NCBI GenBank assembly: GCA_051382305.1
Contig: JBBCAV010000264.1
Coordinates: 1-25,667, forward strand
Direction: 5' to 3'
DNA: 25,667 bases
Source of the DNA: Bdellovibrionota bacterium FG-2
Lineage (GTDB): Bacteria; Bdellovibrionota; UBA1018
The notes under the pieces were generated by a model that worked only from the letters and a program-made list of their open reading frames with translations, was not told where the DNA came from and did no database searches. Each line of letters begins with the position of its first letter. The stretch's first letter is position 1. Shown piece by piece: positions 25,653 to 25,667 of the stretch. The position numbers were made by a program, and so were the translations under genes.

Positions 25653-25667
25653 TTTAAGATAGGTTTC

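Overview
Bacterial chromosomal window, probably from a Bdellovibrionota/Oligoflexia-like or other deltaproteobacterial-type genome (inferred from the PilA and PilG/XapA-like sequences, not from a search). It has three parts. (1) An intact core block at 153-7382: a membrane hypothetical, dnaE, an exported hypothetical, an FlgT/CsgG-like lipoprotein and lipB. (2) A decayed accessory island at about 7400-16200: a doubly inactivated toxin-antitoxin pair cut by an IS1595-family element with 23-bp TIRs, integrase and histidine-kinase halves, an AAA_14 remnant, two intact TA modules, an intact ParA + partner + hemerythrin cluster, a (TTCC)11 microsatellite before a broken two-CW gene, an IS110-family recombinase with a structured 3' non-coding end (bridge/seekRNA candidate), and a pilA pseudogene broken by a pentamer repeat expansion. 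(3) Two AAA_14/DUF4143 ATPases, then three tandem paralogous ~650-aa type IV pilin-like proteins each fused to a predicted right-handed beta-helix, and a broken pilG/xapA-like gene. The strongest candidates for undescribed biology are the triple pilin/beta-helix array, the orphan ParA cluster whose partner resembles a stand-alone GH38 C-terminal beta-sandwich, and the IS110 3' ncRNA. All family calls come from motif recognition by eye.
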